Of a stretch of 50,191 bases of DNA, positions 1 through 9,110 are shown piece after piece. The position numbers were made by a program, and so were the translations under genes. The notes under the pieces are model-generated. The model was not told the origin of the DNA, searched no databases, and saw only the letters and a program-made list of their open reading frames with translations. Source of the stretch: Chloroflexota bacterium (GTDB lineage Bacteria > Chloroflexota > Limnocylindria > Limnocylindrales > Limnocylindraceae); NCBI GenBank assembly GCA_026389535.1, contig JAPLHR010000079.1, positions 1 to 50,191 of the forward strand, read 5' to 3'. Numbering within the stretch: the first letter of the stretch is position 1; every line of letters begins with the position of its first letter.

Positions 1-869
1 GCCGCAATCTTGATTGCCGTCCAGCGCAGGAGGGCGAGGGCACCAGGGGTCTCCTTGCGCGCAATGGGATCGTCGCCCGATGCGTCGGTCGTGATGCGCT
101 CACCATGTCGCAAGATCACGATGAAGGCGACAAGCGCGCCAGCCGCACCACGAACGGCGAGGATCTCAGCACGTTCCGTCGCAACGAGTTGATCCCACCA
201 GCGAATCATGGCCGCAGATGATCCGAGTGCAAAGGACTTGCGCTGCGCCGTCGCTTCAAGCAGGAGCTGCACGTGGACCCAGAGCGCTGTGCGCTCAGGA
301 GCAGGAGTGAGGTGCGTGATCCGCTCCGCAACGAAGCCGGCACGTTCCGCGAGCGCGATGCGTTGGCGCGTGCTCTTTGCAATCCCCTCAAAGAGATCGG
401 CCTCCGATGTTCCTGTCGCGCTGGCACGCAGCACCATCGTGTGCTGGCTCGGAAAGATCTCGTCGGATTTTTGGAGTCCGGCGTTGCGGAACGCAGCCTC
501 GGTCGCCTCGCCAGCAGGCAGCCACGGGTCTGCATCCAGTGAGACGAGGCCGTACTCCGCTCCGAGCCAGGTCGCGGCGCGCTGAATGCGCTCTGCCGCA
601 GCCACTCCCTGGGCGAGCGTGGCGCCCCACGGGACGAGTGGTCCACGCGGCGCATGCCCTTTCGGGAGGCCGAAGAGTGGGGCGCGATTCAAGAGGATGC
701 CGAGTGGGGCGTCATCAGCCTCTAGCGCGACCGCCTCGCGACCGAGGCTGGCGCGATACGTGAGCCAGGCGCTCCCCTGGTGTACGTCACCACCAGGCGC
801 ATCAACGGCGCGCACATCCCAGGCGCGTTGCGCCTCCAGAGAGCTCAGGTCAATGCGGCGGATCGTCAT
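1..869 (-). CDS. FemABX/FemX-family peptidoglycan peptidyltransferase (GNAT fold), 3' end runs off the window
   Basis: Not in the ORF track. My translation from ATG 869 (overlaps the murJ TGA as ATGA) is open to the window edge: MTIRRIDL...HAPRGP...KSTRQRIALAERAG...LLRWTAIKIA. These resemble the PRGP, K.TR..I..A...G and l.W.aI..A motifs of FemABX proteins; adjacent to murJ. Confidence 0.75.
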   Translation of the reverse strand, partial: MTIRRIDLSSLEAQRAWDVRAVDAPGGDVHQGSAWLTYRASLGREAVALEADDAPLGILLNRAPLFGLPKGHAPRGPLVPWGATLAQGVAAAERIQRAATWLGAEYGLVSLDADPWLPAGEATEAAFRNAGLQKSDEIFPSQHTMVLRASATGTSEADLFEGIAKSTRQRIALAERAGFVAERITHLTPAPERTALWVHVQLLLEATAQRKSFALGSSAAMIRWWDQLVATERAEILAVRGAAGALVAFIVILRHGERITTDASGDDPIARKETPGALALLRWTAIKIA

Positions 870-2476
870 GCCGCTTCCTCGGCACGGAGGAGGAACGGGC
901 GAATCCCTTTTGGCGCGAGTGGAGCGATGCGGCGGAGTAGCGGGAGCGCCTCTCGTCGGCGCGCCAGAATCGTGAGAAGAACATATGTGGCAAGCCCAAC
1001 GGTCGTGCCGAGGGCTGCGACTGCCGCACCTGGCACCACACCCGACAGGCGTGCCCCTTCAAGGAGTGGCAGCGTGATCGCAGCGGCGAGTCCAGCGGAG
1101 AGGAGCGCCGCAAGGAGCGCAAACAGGGTGGTGCCAACGACCGTCGCGGCGTTCAGCACCTGCTTGTGTGCAATGAGCAGGGTGAGCAAGACGGCCGCCT
1201 CGATCCAGGTGCCGAGCGGTAGCGAAACTGCAATGCCCGTCACTCCCGCGAACGGAACCCAGAGGGTCGCGAGCATGAAGATCACGAGGTTTCCACCAAT
1301 CTCGGCAAGGGTGGGTCGTACCGTATCGCGCAGCCCGTAAAAGAGGCGAACGACGACCGAAATCACACCATGTGCAACGAGGCCAAGGAGAAGGAGTCGA
1401 AGTAGATCTGCCGTCGAGACCGCGGAGAGATCATCAATGTTCCCACCAACCACGAGCCGCACTGCGTCGTACGAGAAGAGTGCGCCCAGTGTGGCGATGG
1501 GAGCCATCATCCAGATCACAGCGCCGATGCTTGACGTTGCCAGCGTACGCACCGCCGCGAGATTGCCGCGTGCCGCCTGCGCTGCCACCTTTGGAAGAAT
1601 GGCGATGCCGATCGAAGAGGTCACCAGGGCGAGTGGCACTTGCAAGAGGGTAAATGCGTAGGACCAGATGGTGATCGCACCTGGCCCCGTGCTCCCAGCG
1701 AGTGCAATGAGATACGCGAGCAACAGCTGAACCAGCACTACCGAACCAACGCGAGGCAGGAGTGAGCGCAGCGCTTCGCGGAGGAGCGGGTCACGGAAGT
1801 TAGGTCGTGCCGGACGCAAACTGCTTCGAACGAGCACGGTTGCGGCAATGAGCAACACGGCGATCGCACCAGCGGCGGTACCGATTGCTGGGCCATAGCC
1901 GCCAGACTCTCGGCCTCCAATCAGCGCACCTGCGATGGTGCCTGCGCTGTACATGAGGCCAGTGATGGCAGTGACGCCGAATCGCGAACGCGCTGCGGCG
2001 GCACTGGTACAAATCGCTGAGAGCGCAAGCGCGATCGTGGCCACGAGCAGGATGACGCTGAGATCTGCCACCTCGCGCTGCTGTGCGCTCGGAAGTCCAC
2101 CCGCCAGGAGACCGCTCAACGCGTTCGCACCGAACACCACCACCAGTGAGAAGAGGCCGAGGAGCGAGAGCATGGCAATAAAGACCGAACCGAGGAGGCG
2201 TTGCGCGCGTCGCTGTTCTCCCTGCTCAAGGAGCGAACTCAACTGCGGCACGAGCACGGTTGCGATTGAGCCAGCAGCAACCAACGCAAACACGATGTCG
2301 GGAATTCGGAATGCGGCGAGGAATGGGTCAAGTGTTCCGCTCGCTCCGAACACGGCAATGAGCACGGTGATGCGCGCCCAACCCGCAATGCGCGACGCGA
2401 GTGCACCGGCGGCGAGAACTGAGCTGTTGCGCGCGGTGCTTGACCGAATCACTGGTGCAACAGTGCGCCGCTTCAT
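866..2476 (-). CDS. murJ: Lipid II flippase MurJ/MviN
   Basis: 536-aa polytopic membrane protein; SRIAGWAR and AAFRIPD N-terminal motifs; RLFYGLRDTVRP. Confidence 0.9.
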   Translation of the reverse strand: MKRRTVAPVIRSSTARNSSVLAAGALASRIAGWARITVLIAVFGASGTLDPFLAAFRIPDIVFALVAAGSIATVLVPQLSSLLEQGEQRRAQRLLGSVFIAMLSLLGLFSLVVVFGANALSGLLAGGLPSAQQREVADLSVILLVATIALALSAICTSAAAARSRFGVTAITGLMYSAGTIAGALIGGRESGGYGPAIGTAAGAIAVLLIAATVLVRSSLRPARPNFRDPLLREALRSLLPRVGSVVLVQLLLAYLIALAGSTGPGAITIWSYAFTLLQVPLALVTSSIGIAILPKVAAQAARGNLAAVRTLATSSIGAVIWMMAPIATLGALFSYDAVRLVVGGNIDDLSAVSTADLLRLLLLGLVAHGVISVVVRLFYGLRDTVRPTLAEIGGNLVIFMLATLWVPFAGVTGIAVSLPLGTWIEAAVLLTLLIAHKQVLNAATVVGTTLFALLAALLSAGLAAAITLPLLEGARLSGVVPGAAVAALGTTVGLATYVLLTILARRREALPLLRRIAPLAPKGIRPFLLRAEEAA

Positions 2477-3435
2477 GGCTTCGCCCCTGTGCGTCGTGCG
2501 CGCGGGTGCGCCGATTTGTAGAGCCCGCGTAGCCGTGTCGTTGAAACATGGGTGTACACCTGCGTCGTTCCAAGGCTCTCGTGTCCGAGTAGCTCCTGCA
2601 CGACGCGCAGGTCTGCACCGCCGTCGAGGAGATGCGTTGCAAATGAGTGGCGCAGCGTATGAGGATGAAACGCTTCTGGGAGGCCGGCGGCACGTGCGAT
2701 GTCGTTGAGTCGTGCACGGGCACCACGCTCGCCGAGTGCTCCGCCGTTGCGATTCAAGAAGAGTGCAGAAACTTTGGTCGCAGCGAGATCAGCGAGTGCC
2801 GGGCGACCATCCGACAGATACGACTCAAGCGCGCGGCGACATGGTGCGCCGAAGAGTGCGACGCGCTGCTTGTCGCCCTTCCCGGTCACCTTCACCTCGC
2901 CACGGCCGAGCTGCAGGTCGCTCACGCTGATCGCAACCACTTCAGCAATGCGAAGTCCGGCGCCGTAGAGCAACTCAATGAGTGCGGTATCGCGCAGGGC
3001 CAGCGCAGCTGAGGTGCCAATCGCGGCCTGCGCGATGAGCTGCTCGACCTGCGCTTGTGACAAGACATCGGGGAGCCGCTTCTCACGCTTCGGTCGGGCG
3101 AGCGCATGCAGCGGATCCTTCGCCACACTCCCCTGCCGCACCCAGAATCGGTAGAAGGTGCCAAGAGCGGCGAGCCGCTGCTGCACGGTGGAGCGCTCAC
3201 CATCTTTACTGAGGAGCGCGATGTAGCGACGCAGGTCAGCGCGACTTGGCGTGCGCCAATCGATCCCCTCGTCGTCGTACCAGGCGGTGAGCCGCTCTAC
3301 CGCCGTGCGGTACGAACGTTCTGTTGCAGCGGAGAGCGCGCGTGCGCGCAGGTGCATGATGAACGGAGCAATTCGCGGGTCAGTCGCAGCAGAAGAGAGC
3401 TGCGCCACGGGAGCCGATTCGCGGCCCCGACTCAT
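2473..3435 (-). CDS. xerC: Tyrosine recombinase XerC/XerD
   Basis: LYGAGLRIAE, VTGKGDKQR, HPHTLRHSFATHLLDGGADLRVVQELLGH, TTQVYTH; canonical position after topA. Confidence 0.9.
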   Translation of the reverse strand: MSRGRESAPVAQLSSAATDPRIAPFIMHLRARALSAATERSYRTAVERLTAWYDDEGIDWRTPSRADLRRYIALLSKDGERSTVQQRLAALGTFYRFWVRQGSVAKDPLHALARPKREKRLPDVLSQAQVEQLIAQAAIGTSAALALRDTALIELLYGAGLRIAEVVAISVSDLQLGRGEVKVTGKGDKQRVALFGAPCRRALESYLSDGRPALADLAATKVSALFLNRNGGALGERGARARLNDIARAAGLPEAFHPHTLRHSFATHLLDGGADLRVVQELLGHESLGTTQVYTHVSTTRLRGLYKSAHPRARRTGAKP

Positions 3436-6002
3436 TAGGCCGTTTCCACCAGTTCAGCCGGCGCCTCTGCGACCGGCTCAACAGCGACGGGCTCCGCCGC
3501 GGGATCCTTGCTCTTCGCCTTGGCCTTGGCCTTCGGCTTCGCCTTGCTCTTCGCCTTCGCCTTTGGCTTGGCCTTCGGCTTCGCCTTGCTCTTTGAAGCA
3601 GCCTTCGCGCCACTCTCGGCTGAGGCTGCTGCACCGCGTCGTGGGCGCTTCGGCACCCAGGCGAGCGGGTCAGGCTCACCGCCCGCAATCACCGATCCAA
3701 CGGCAACCACCTCTGGCAGCGTCACGCGCGCGCCACACTTGGTGCAGATGCCGCCCTCATCGTCTTTACCGATCACGGCGCCGCACTCGGCATGTGTCGC
3801 ACCCGAAGGGCGCGGTCGAATCGTCTTGCAGTCAGGGTAGCGGTTGCAGGAATAGAAGTAGGTGCCGCGCTTGTTGTTCTTCTTCGGGCCGAGCTTGCCG
3901 CCGTGCTCGGTGCCACAGACCGGGCAGAGCGCGTCAAACTCCAGCTTGAACTCTGCGGGAACCTCGGCCTTCGGAATGTATTTGCACTCTGGATACCGAT
4001 CGCAGCCGAGGAACCAGCCGAAGCGGCTCCGTCGCTGCGCCATCTTGCCGCCATGTTCAGCACCGCACATTGGACACGGGAGGCCCGCACCCTCAAGGGT
4101 TGGCGTGTCGCCTGACGGCGTGTCGTCGCCAATGACCTTGGAGAGCGACTTGCGCTCGGCATGCTCTGGGTAGAGGGTGCAGGCGAGATACCAACCGAAT
4201 CGCCCGAGGCGCTCCTCCATCGGATGCCCCTCTGAGCACTTCTCTTCGCTGGCGCGGTTACGGAACTCTCCAGCACCGATTGACTGCGCCTTCTCAAGAA
4301 CGAGTGGGTCGAAGGTGCTCCAGAACTTCTGCAAGACATCGCGCCAATTCGCGCGCCCCGCTGCCACAGCATCAAGCTCCTCTTCCATGCCGGCGGTGAA
4401 GCCGAGGTCAACGAAGGCGGTGAAGTGCGTCGTGAGTAGGTCGCATACCGTTTCGCCGAGGCGCGTGGCGCGAAGGCGATTATCTTTGTCGCGGTCGACA
4501 TATTCCCGCTCTTGAATGCGCTCGATGATGGCGGCGTAGGTAGATGGTCGGCCAATGCCGTACTTCTCGAGCTCCTTGACGAGCGTCGGCTCGGTAAAGC
4601 GTGGCTCGGACTTTGTGGCATGCGCCACACCTTCCACGGTTGCAACGCTCCCCTTCGAACCCTCTGGCAGATCGGGGACCTTCGCCTCAGCATCTTCGTC
4701 TTCGTCATCGCGACCCTCGAGATAGACCGCGGTGAAGCCTGGCTCGAGTGTTCGCGTCGCAACAGTCTTCAGGCGATCACTCCCCGCGCTCCAAATCAAC
4801 GTCGTCGAGGCGGAGAGCTTGTCGGGCATCTGCGACGCAATCGTGCGGCGCCAGATCAGCGTGTAGACCTTCAGTTCGCGTTCGTCAATGTATGGCGCGG
4901 CGAGTTCGGGGGTGAGGGCGAGATTGGTTGGGCGAATCGCTTCGTGGGCCTCTTGTGCGTTCTTTGACTTCGAGGCGTACTGGCGGCCACCCTCAACAAT
5001 CATCTCTGGGCCGAATCGTTCACGGATCACCGCCGAGGCGTCACTGATAGCCTGCTGGCTCAGCGTTGGCGAATCGGTGCGCATATAGGTGATCAGGCCG
5101 GTGCGCTCGCCGCCGATCTCCACACCCTCGTAGAGCTTCTGGGCGAGCTGCATCGTGACGCGCGAGCGGAAGCCGTGCTTGCGACCCGCCTCCTGCTGCA
5201 GTGTCGATGTGGTGAATGGCGGAACGGGGCGCTGCTTGCGCGTCCCCTCACTGCGATCCACGACGACCGCGTCGGCACCCTCGAGTCGAGCGACCGCTGC
5301 TGCTGCTGCCTCTGGATCGAGCTCAAGGATCTCCCCCTTCTCGCCGATGAGGGTGGCGGGGACGATTAGGTCACTCGCGGTGGCTGGGCGAATCCCAATT
5401 TCAACGGTGGTGTAATGACGCGGGATAAAGGCGCGGATGACGCGCTCGCGCTCCACAACGAGGCGGAGTGCCACCGACTGCACTCGCCCCGCCGAGAGCT
5501 TCGGCTTGACGAGTCGCGAGAGGAGCGGCGAAAGGCGATAGCCGACAAGGCGATCGAGGATGCGGCGCGCCTGCTGAGCGTTAACAAGATCCAGGTTGAT
5601 CGCGCGGGGGTGGGCAAACGCCTCGAGGATGGCCCCCTTGGTGATCTCGCTGAAGGTAACCCGGCGTCGGTCAGCCTCGGGGATACCGAGGGCCTCCGCC
5701 ACATGCCAGGCAATCGCCTCCCCCTCACGGTCAAGGTCGGTTGCCAACCAGACGGAGGTTGCCTTCTTTGCGGCACGAGCGATGTCATCGAGGCGCTTCT
5801 GCTTATCTTCAATAATCTCGTAGACCGGGGTGAAGCCGTTCTCCACGTCCACCGCCATGCTCCCCTTCTTCGTCTTCTGGGGGAGATCCCGAATGTGCCC
5901 ATAGGAGGCGAGCACGGTGTAATCGGGGCCGAGGTACCGCTCAATCGTCTGGGCCTTGGCCGGCGACTCGACGATCACGAGGTTGGTGGCTGCCTTCGTC
6001 AT
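3435..6002 (-). CDS. topA: DNA topoisomerase I (type IA) with C-terminal Zn-ribbons and Lys/Ala-rich tail
   Basis: IVESPAKA, ATDLDREGEAI, SAGRVQS, catalytic ITYMRTDS, GIGRPSTY; Cys clusters. Start placed at ATG 6002 (ATGA overlap with dprA stop) instead of 6041. Confidence 0.95.
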   Translation of the reverse strand: MTKAATNLVIVESPAKAQTIERYLGPDYTVLASYGHIRDLPQKTKKGSMAVDVENGFTPVYEIIEDKQKRLDDIARAAKKATSVWLATDLDREGEAIAWHVAEALGIPEADRRRVTFSEITKGAILEAFAHPRAINLDLVNAQQARRILDRLVGYRLSPLLSRLVKPKLSAGRVQSVALRLVVERERVIRAFIPRHYTTVEIGIRPATASDLIVPATLIGEKGEILELDPEAAAAAVARLEGADAVVVDRSEGTRKQRPVPPFTTSTLQQEAGRKHGFRSRVTMQLAQKLYEGVEIGGERTGLITYMRTDSPTLSQQAISDASAVIRERFGPEMIVEGGRQYASKSKNAQEAHEAIRPTNLALTPELAAPYIDERELKVYTLIWRRTIASQMPDKLSASTTLIWSAGSDRLKTVATRTLEPGFTAVYLEGRDDEDEDAEAKVPDLPEGSKGSVATVEGVAHATKSEPRFTEPTLVKELEKYGIGRPSTYAAIIERIQEREYVDRDKDNRLRATRLGETVCDLLTTHFTAFVDLGFTAGMEEELDAVAAGRANWRDVLQKFWSTFDPLVLEKAQSIGAGEFRNRASEEKCSEGHPMEERLGRFGWYLACTLYPEHAERKSLSKVIGDDTPSGDTPTLEGAGLPCPMCGAEHGGKMAQRRSRFGWFLGCDRYPECKYIPKAEVPAEFKLEFDALCPVCGTEHGGKLGPKKNNKRGTYFYSCNRYPDCKTIRPRPSGATHAECGAVIGKDDEGGICTKCGARVTLPEVVAVGSVIAGGEPDPLAWVPKRPRRGAAASAESGAKAASKSKAKPKAKPKAKAKSKAKPKAKAKAKSKDPAAEPVAVEPVAEAPAELVETA
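3507..3595. repeat. Low-complexity coding repeat (KAKPKAKAKSK), including a 27-bp direct repeat at 3525-3551 and 3567-3593
   Basis: cttggccttcggcttcgccttgctctt occurs twice, 42 bp apart, inside the topA 3' end. Confidence 0.85.
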
Positions 6003-6982
6003 GGGCGAGAGCGTAGCACCGCCCCCAGAACGCGCCGCCAACGGCCACCGCGCTGCTCTATCAGCCCGCGCAGACTCAAGAGGGTCAGGGCGGCCACGAG
6101 TGCCCCTGGCAACTCCGGCGAGAGGTCGCTTAGATCGCCCTCTACGACCCCCTCAGCACCAGCTGCATCGACTCTCTGGAGGATTTCACGCTGCAAACCG
6201 GAGGCCTCACCCCTGACGGCGCTCGTTGCTGCGGAGGCCACCTCCGGAGGCTCGGTGAAATGACCGCGCAAGGACAACGCACAGACAGTAAGCCACGCGT
6301 GGAGGTCGGCCTCCCCCGAAATGAGCACGGGCGAGCGCTCCTCTGTGAGACGCAAAGACAACTCTTGTGCCCGTTGCAGCCAGCGCAGGCCCCCCTCCGC
6401 TGTCGCTGCACCGTAAGGGGCGCTGACGATGGCGATCGGGAGCCCAAGCCCTGCCGCCGATTCAGCGGTAATCAGCGCCCCAGAGCCCTCAGGTGCCTCA
6501 ACGACGATGAGCCCGTCGCAGAGGGCCGCCAGGAGGTGGTTACGGGCGGCAAAGCTCCAGGCGGCGGGCGGAGTGCCGACCGGTCGATCAGAGAGAAGGA
6601 GGCCCGCCTGCTGGATCTGCTCAGCAAGGCGCCGCGCTCCGTAGCGCAGCCCGAGCGGGGCGGGACTAGGAAGTACGGCGATCGTCGCCCCTCCCGCCTC
6701 TACGGCTGCCAAATGGGCCACCTCATCGATCCCCAGGGCGAGCCCTGAGACGACGCACCACCCCGATCGCGCAACCTCAAAGGCGATGCGCCGAGCGGCC
6801 GATATGCCGTGGGGCGAGGGGCGTCGCGTGCCGACGATCCCGATGGATGGCCTCCCCAGCACCTCCACCCGCCCCTGTGCCCAGAGTGGGCGCCGTCGAT
6901 CTGCATCGGGGGCGAGCCCGAGTGGCTCACTGCGCCGTTCAGGGATCCGTGGATCGCCTGGGTTCAACATCACGGCGCTCAC
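5999..6982 (-). CDS. dprA: DNA-processing protein DprA/Smf
   Basis: IVGTR, VVSGLALGID, FAARNHLLAAL, VVEAPEGSGALITA; C-terminal winged-helix-like segment; comM-dprA-topA synteny. Confidence 0.9.
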   Translation of the reverse strand: MSAVMLNPGDPRIPERRSEPLGLAPDADRRRPLWAQGRVEVLGRPSIGIVGTRRPSPHGISAARRIAFEVARSGWCVVSGLALGIDEVAHLAAVEAGGATIAVLPSPAPLGLRYGARRLAEQIQQAGLLLSDRPVGTPPAAWSFAARNHLLAALCDGLIVVEAPEGSGALITAESAAGLGLPIAIVSAPYGAATAEGGLRWLQRAQELSLRLTEERSPVLISGEADLHAWLTVCALSLRGHFTEPPEVASAATSAVRGEASGLQREILQRVDAAGAEGVVEGDLSDLSPELPGALVAALTLLSLRGLIEQRGGRWRRVLGAVLRSRP

Positions 6983-8418
6983 CAGTGATCGCCGTGCAGG
7001 TGGATCGCCTCCGCCACATCAGCGTCGCCAACAACCTCACGGCCATCAAGGAGGGCCACCACCATTGCGATCCGCTCAATCTGACTCCATGCGCGTACGC
7101 CGAGACCCTCAACGGTGCGGCGCGTCGCAGGGGTCATGACGCCGGCGCCGTCGGTTCGTTGCAGTAGGGCAGCGCGGACCGATGTTGCACGCTCGCGAGC
7201 CGCCAGCGTGGTGAGTTCGCCGCGCGGGAGCGCAGCAAGAGGCGTGCTCGGTCGAGCAAGCCGCACGCGTAGCGGGAATCGATCACGAATCGGTGCGGAG
7301 AGCGAGAGGCTCCCTCGCCGTCGCGCGCTAGGGAGACAGCGACAGGTGCCACTCGGATACTCCAACTCGCCGCAGCCGCAGGGATTCCCCGTGGCCGCCA
7401 CGATCGCATCCGCAGGGAAGCGCACCGCGCGCCCCGCTCGAACTAAGTCAACACTCCCCCGCTCAAGTGGTTCGCGCAACGCCTCAAGCGCGTCGCGCCG
7501 GAATTCGCCGATCTCATCGAGCAGCAGGAGTCCACGATGTGCCCACGTCAGCTCGCCCGGAGTCATGCGCGGGCCTCCGCCGATAAGCCCCGCCACCGTT
7601 ATGTCGTGATGCGGTGCCCGTAACGGCGGTCTCAAGGAGAGCCCTGCGGCGTGGCCACCTGCAGAGGCGATGGATGCAACCTCACTGCGCTCCTCCACAG
7701 CAAGGTCTGGAAGGATCTCATGCAGTGCCCGAGCAAGCATCGACTTACCCACACCTGGCGGTCCCTCAAGCAGAATCGGAAAACGACCGCATGCTGCAAT
7801 CAAGACTGCACGCGATGCAATCGGTTGACCGCGAATGCTTGCGAGCTCGCACGCTACCTCTTCGCTCGGTGGTGGCATTGATGCGATCTCTGGCAAGGGT
7901 GGAGAGCCTGCGACTCTGCCGTCGACCGCCGATGCAGCATCCGCGAGCGTTGCAACGGGAATCGCCTCGCCGCGGCACGGCCCCAGCAGCGTCGCCACGC
8001 TCGCCGGTAGTAGCACGCGATGCCCAGCTGATAGGAGTGGCAGGGCGAGTGGCAGCGCACCGGGAACGTTGCGCACTCTGCCGTCGAGCGCTAGCTCACC
8101 GATCGCCGCCAGCGTCCCTTCGCCACGATGACGAATCTGGCCGCTCGCGAGCAGGATGCCGATCGCGATGGCGAGATCAAACGAGCCACCACTCTTGCGT
8201 AGATCGGCTGGTGCGAGATTGATGGTGATACGACGAGCGGGCCAGGTGTAACCGGCCGCACGGATGGCGGAGCGTATTCGCTCGCGCGCCTCCCCTACAG
8301 CGGTATCGGGGAGTCCCACGATTCGTGTCGCAGGGATACCAGGGGCAACGTCAACCTCGACCTCAACGGGAACCCCCTCAATGCCAACGAGCGCGGTAGA
8401 GGCGACTGAGGTTGGCAT
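6979..8418 (-). CDS. comM: YifB/ComM Mg-chelatase-like AAA+ ATPase
   Basis: VGLPDTAVGEARERIRSA, INLAPADLRKSG, GELALDG, Walker A GPPGVGKS, RAPHH, LLDEIGEF, NPCGCG. Confidence 0.9.
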   Translation of the reverse strand: MPTSVASTALVGIEGVPVEVEVDVAPGIPATRIVGLPDTAVGEARERIRSAIRAAGYTWPARRITINLAPADLRKSGGSFDLAIAIGILLASGQIRHRGEGTLAAIGELALDGRVRNVPGALPLALPLLSAGHRVLLPASVATLLGPCRGEAIPVATLADAASAVDGRVAGSPPLPEIASMPPPSEEVACELASIRGQPIASRAVLIAACGRFPILLEGPPGVGKSMLARALHEILPDLAVEERSEVASIASAGGHAAGLSLRPPLRAPHHDITVAGLIGGGPRMTPGELTWAHRGLLLLDEIGEFRRDALEALREPLERGSVDLVRAGRAVRFPADAIVAATGNPCGCGELEYPSGTCRCLPSARRRGSLSLSAPIRDRFPLRVRLARPSTPLAALPRGELTTLAARERATSVRAALLQRTDGAGVMTPATRRTVEGLGVRAWSQIERIAMVVALLDGREVVGDADVAEAIHLHGDHW

Positions 8419-8424
8419 GGAGAG

Positions 8425-8433
8425 AAGATCACA
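8425..8433 (-). promoter_or_regulatory. Putative extended -10 (TGT-GATCTT) 6 nt before the comM ATG (leaderless)
   Basis: Same 6-nt spacing as the TANNNT boxes at other starts in this window; no SD; non-canonical first base. Confidence 0.4.
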
Positions 8434-8462
8434 GCGGCAACATACCGCTCACGTAGCGAGGT

Positions 8463-9110
8463 CTAGAGGCTTGCTGCAACCTTTGCGATCGTGTCAATCA
8501 GGCGCGCCGACCATCCCTCAAGTTCGTCCCTGCGGCGGAGTGCCTCGCTCACCGGCACGAGAGAACCTGCAAGCTTATGCGTCTCACGAATGTGAATAGC
8601 GGGCGTGGTCAGCGTGGCAATGAAGACTACGCCAAGGTGCACACGACCAACATCGTCACCATCGTCGTTCAGCAACCCGAGCGGCGTGAAGTGCGGGAGG
8701 GTTGACGTGGCAACCTCCTCGACCCACTCTCGAGCGAGTGCGGCACGAATGCCGCCATCGCTGGGCGAGATGTGGCCACCCACGCCGAACGAGGCGCGAC
8801 CGTGCAGTCGCTTGTCACTGCCACCAGCAAGGCGATCCATCCAGAAGAGCTGCACGTCGCCCGCAGGGGTCCCCTCGGGGCGATAAAGGGCCACCGCATA
8901 GGGGATCGGCTGCTTCCAGGAGGGATCCGACTCGAGCTCGCGCCGCGGACGCGCCTGGGCTAAACCGTCGAGGCGTGTGATCTCACGCTCCCCCTCCTCC
9001 GAGCTGCTAAAGGCGCGGATCCCAGTCCAGGCGCCTGCAGGGAGCGCAAGGTCGCGAGGGATGCCAACGATCTCCTCGTCGGCGCCCGTTGCCAACGGAT
9101 CAACGCTCAC
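8463..9110 (-). CDS. NUDIX-family predicted phosphoesterase (YmaB/COG4112-like)
   Basis: ESDPSWKQPIPY, RLHGRASFGVGGH, REWVEEV, GLLNDD...VGRVHLG. Start placed at GTG 9110 (GTGA overlap with tyrA stop). Confidence 0.75.
   Translation of the reverse strand: MSVDPLATGADEEIVGIPRDLALPAGAWTGIRAFSSSEEGEREITRLDGLAQARPRRELESDPSWKQPIPYAVALYRPEGTPAGDVQLFWMDRLAGGSDKRLHGRASFGVGGHISPSDGGIRAALAREWVEEVATSTLPHFTPLGLLNDDGDDVGRVHLGVVFIATLTTPAIHIRETHKLAGSLVPVSEALRRRDELEGWSARLIDTIAKVAASL

Noticed and set aside
2473-3435. Tyrosine recombinase as the integrase of a mobile element
   Set aside because: It has XerC/D-type motifs and the housekeeping dprA-topA-xerC context; there are no att repeats or cargo, and the tRNA is 10 kb away with core genes between.
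3507-3595. Repeats as a CRISPR array
   Set aside because: They are in-frame Lys/Ala codon repeats within topA, with no unique spacers and no cas genes.
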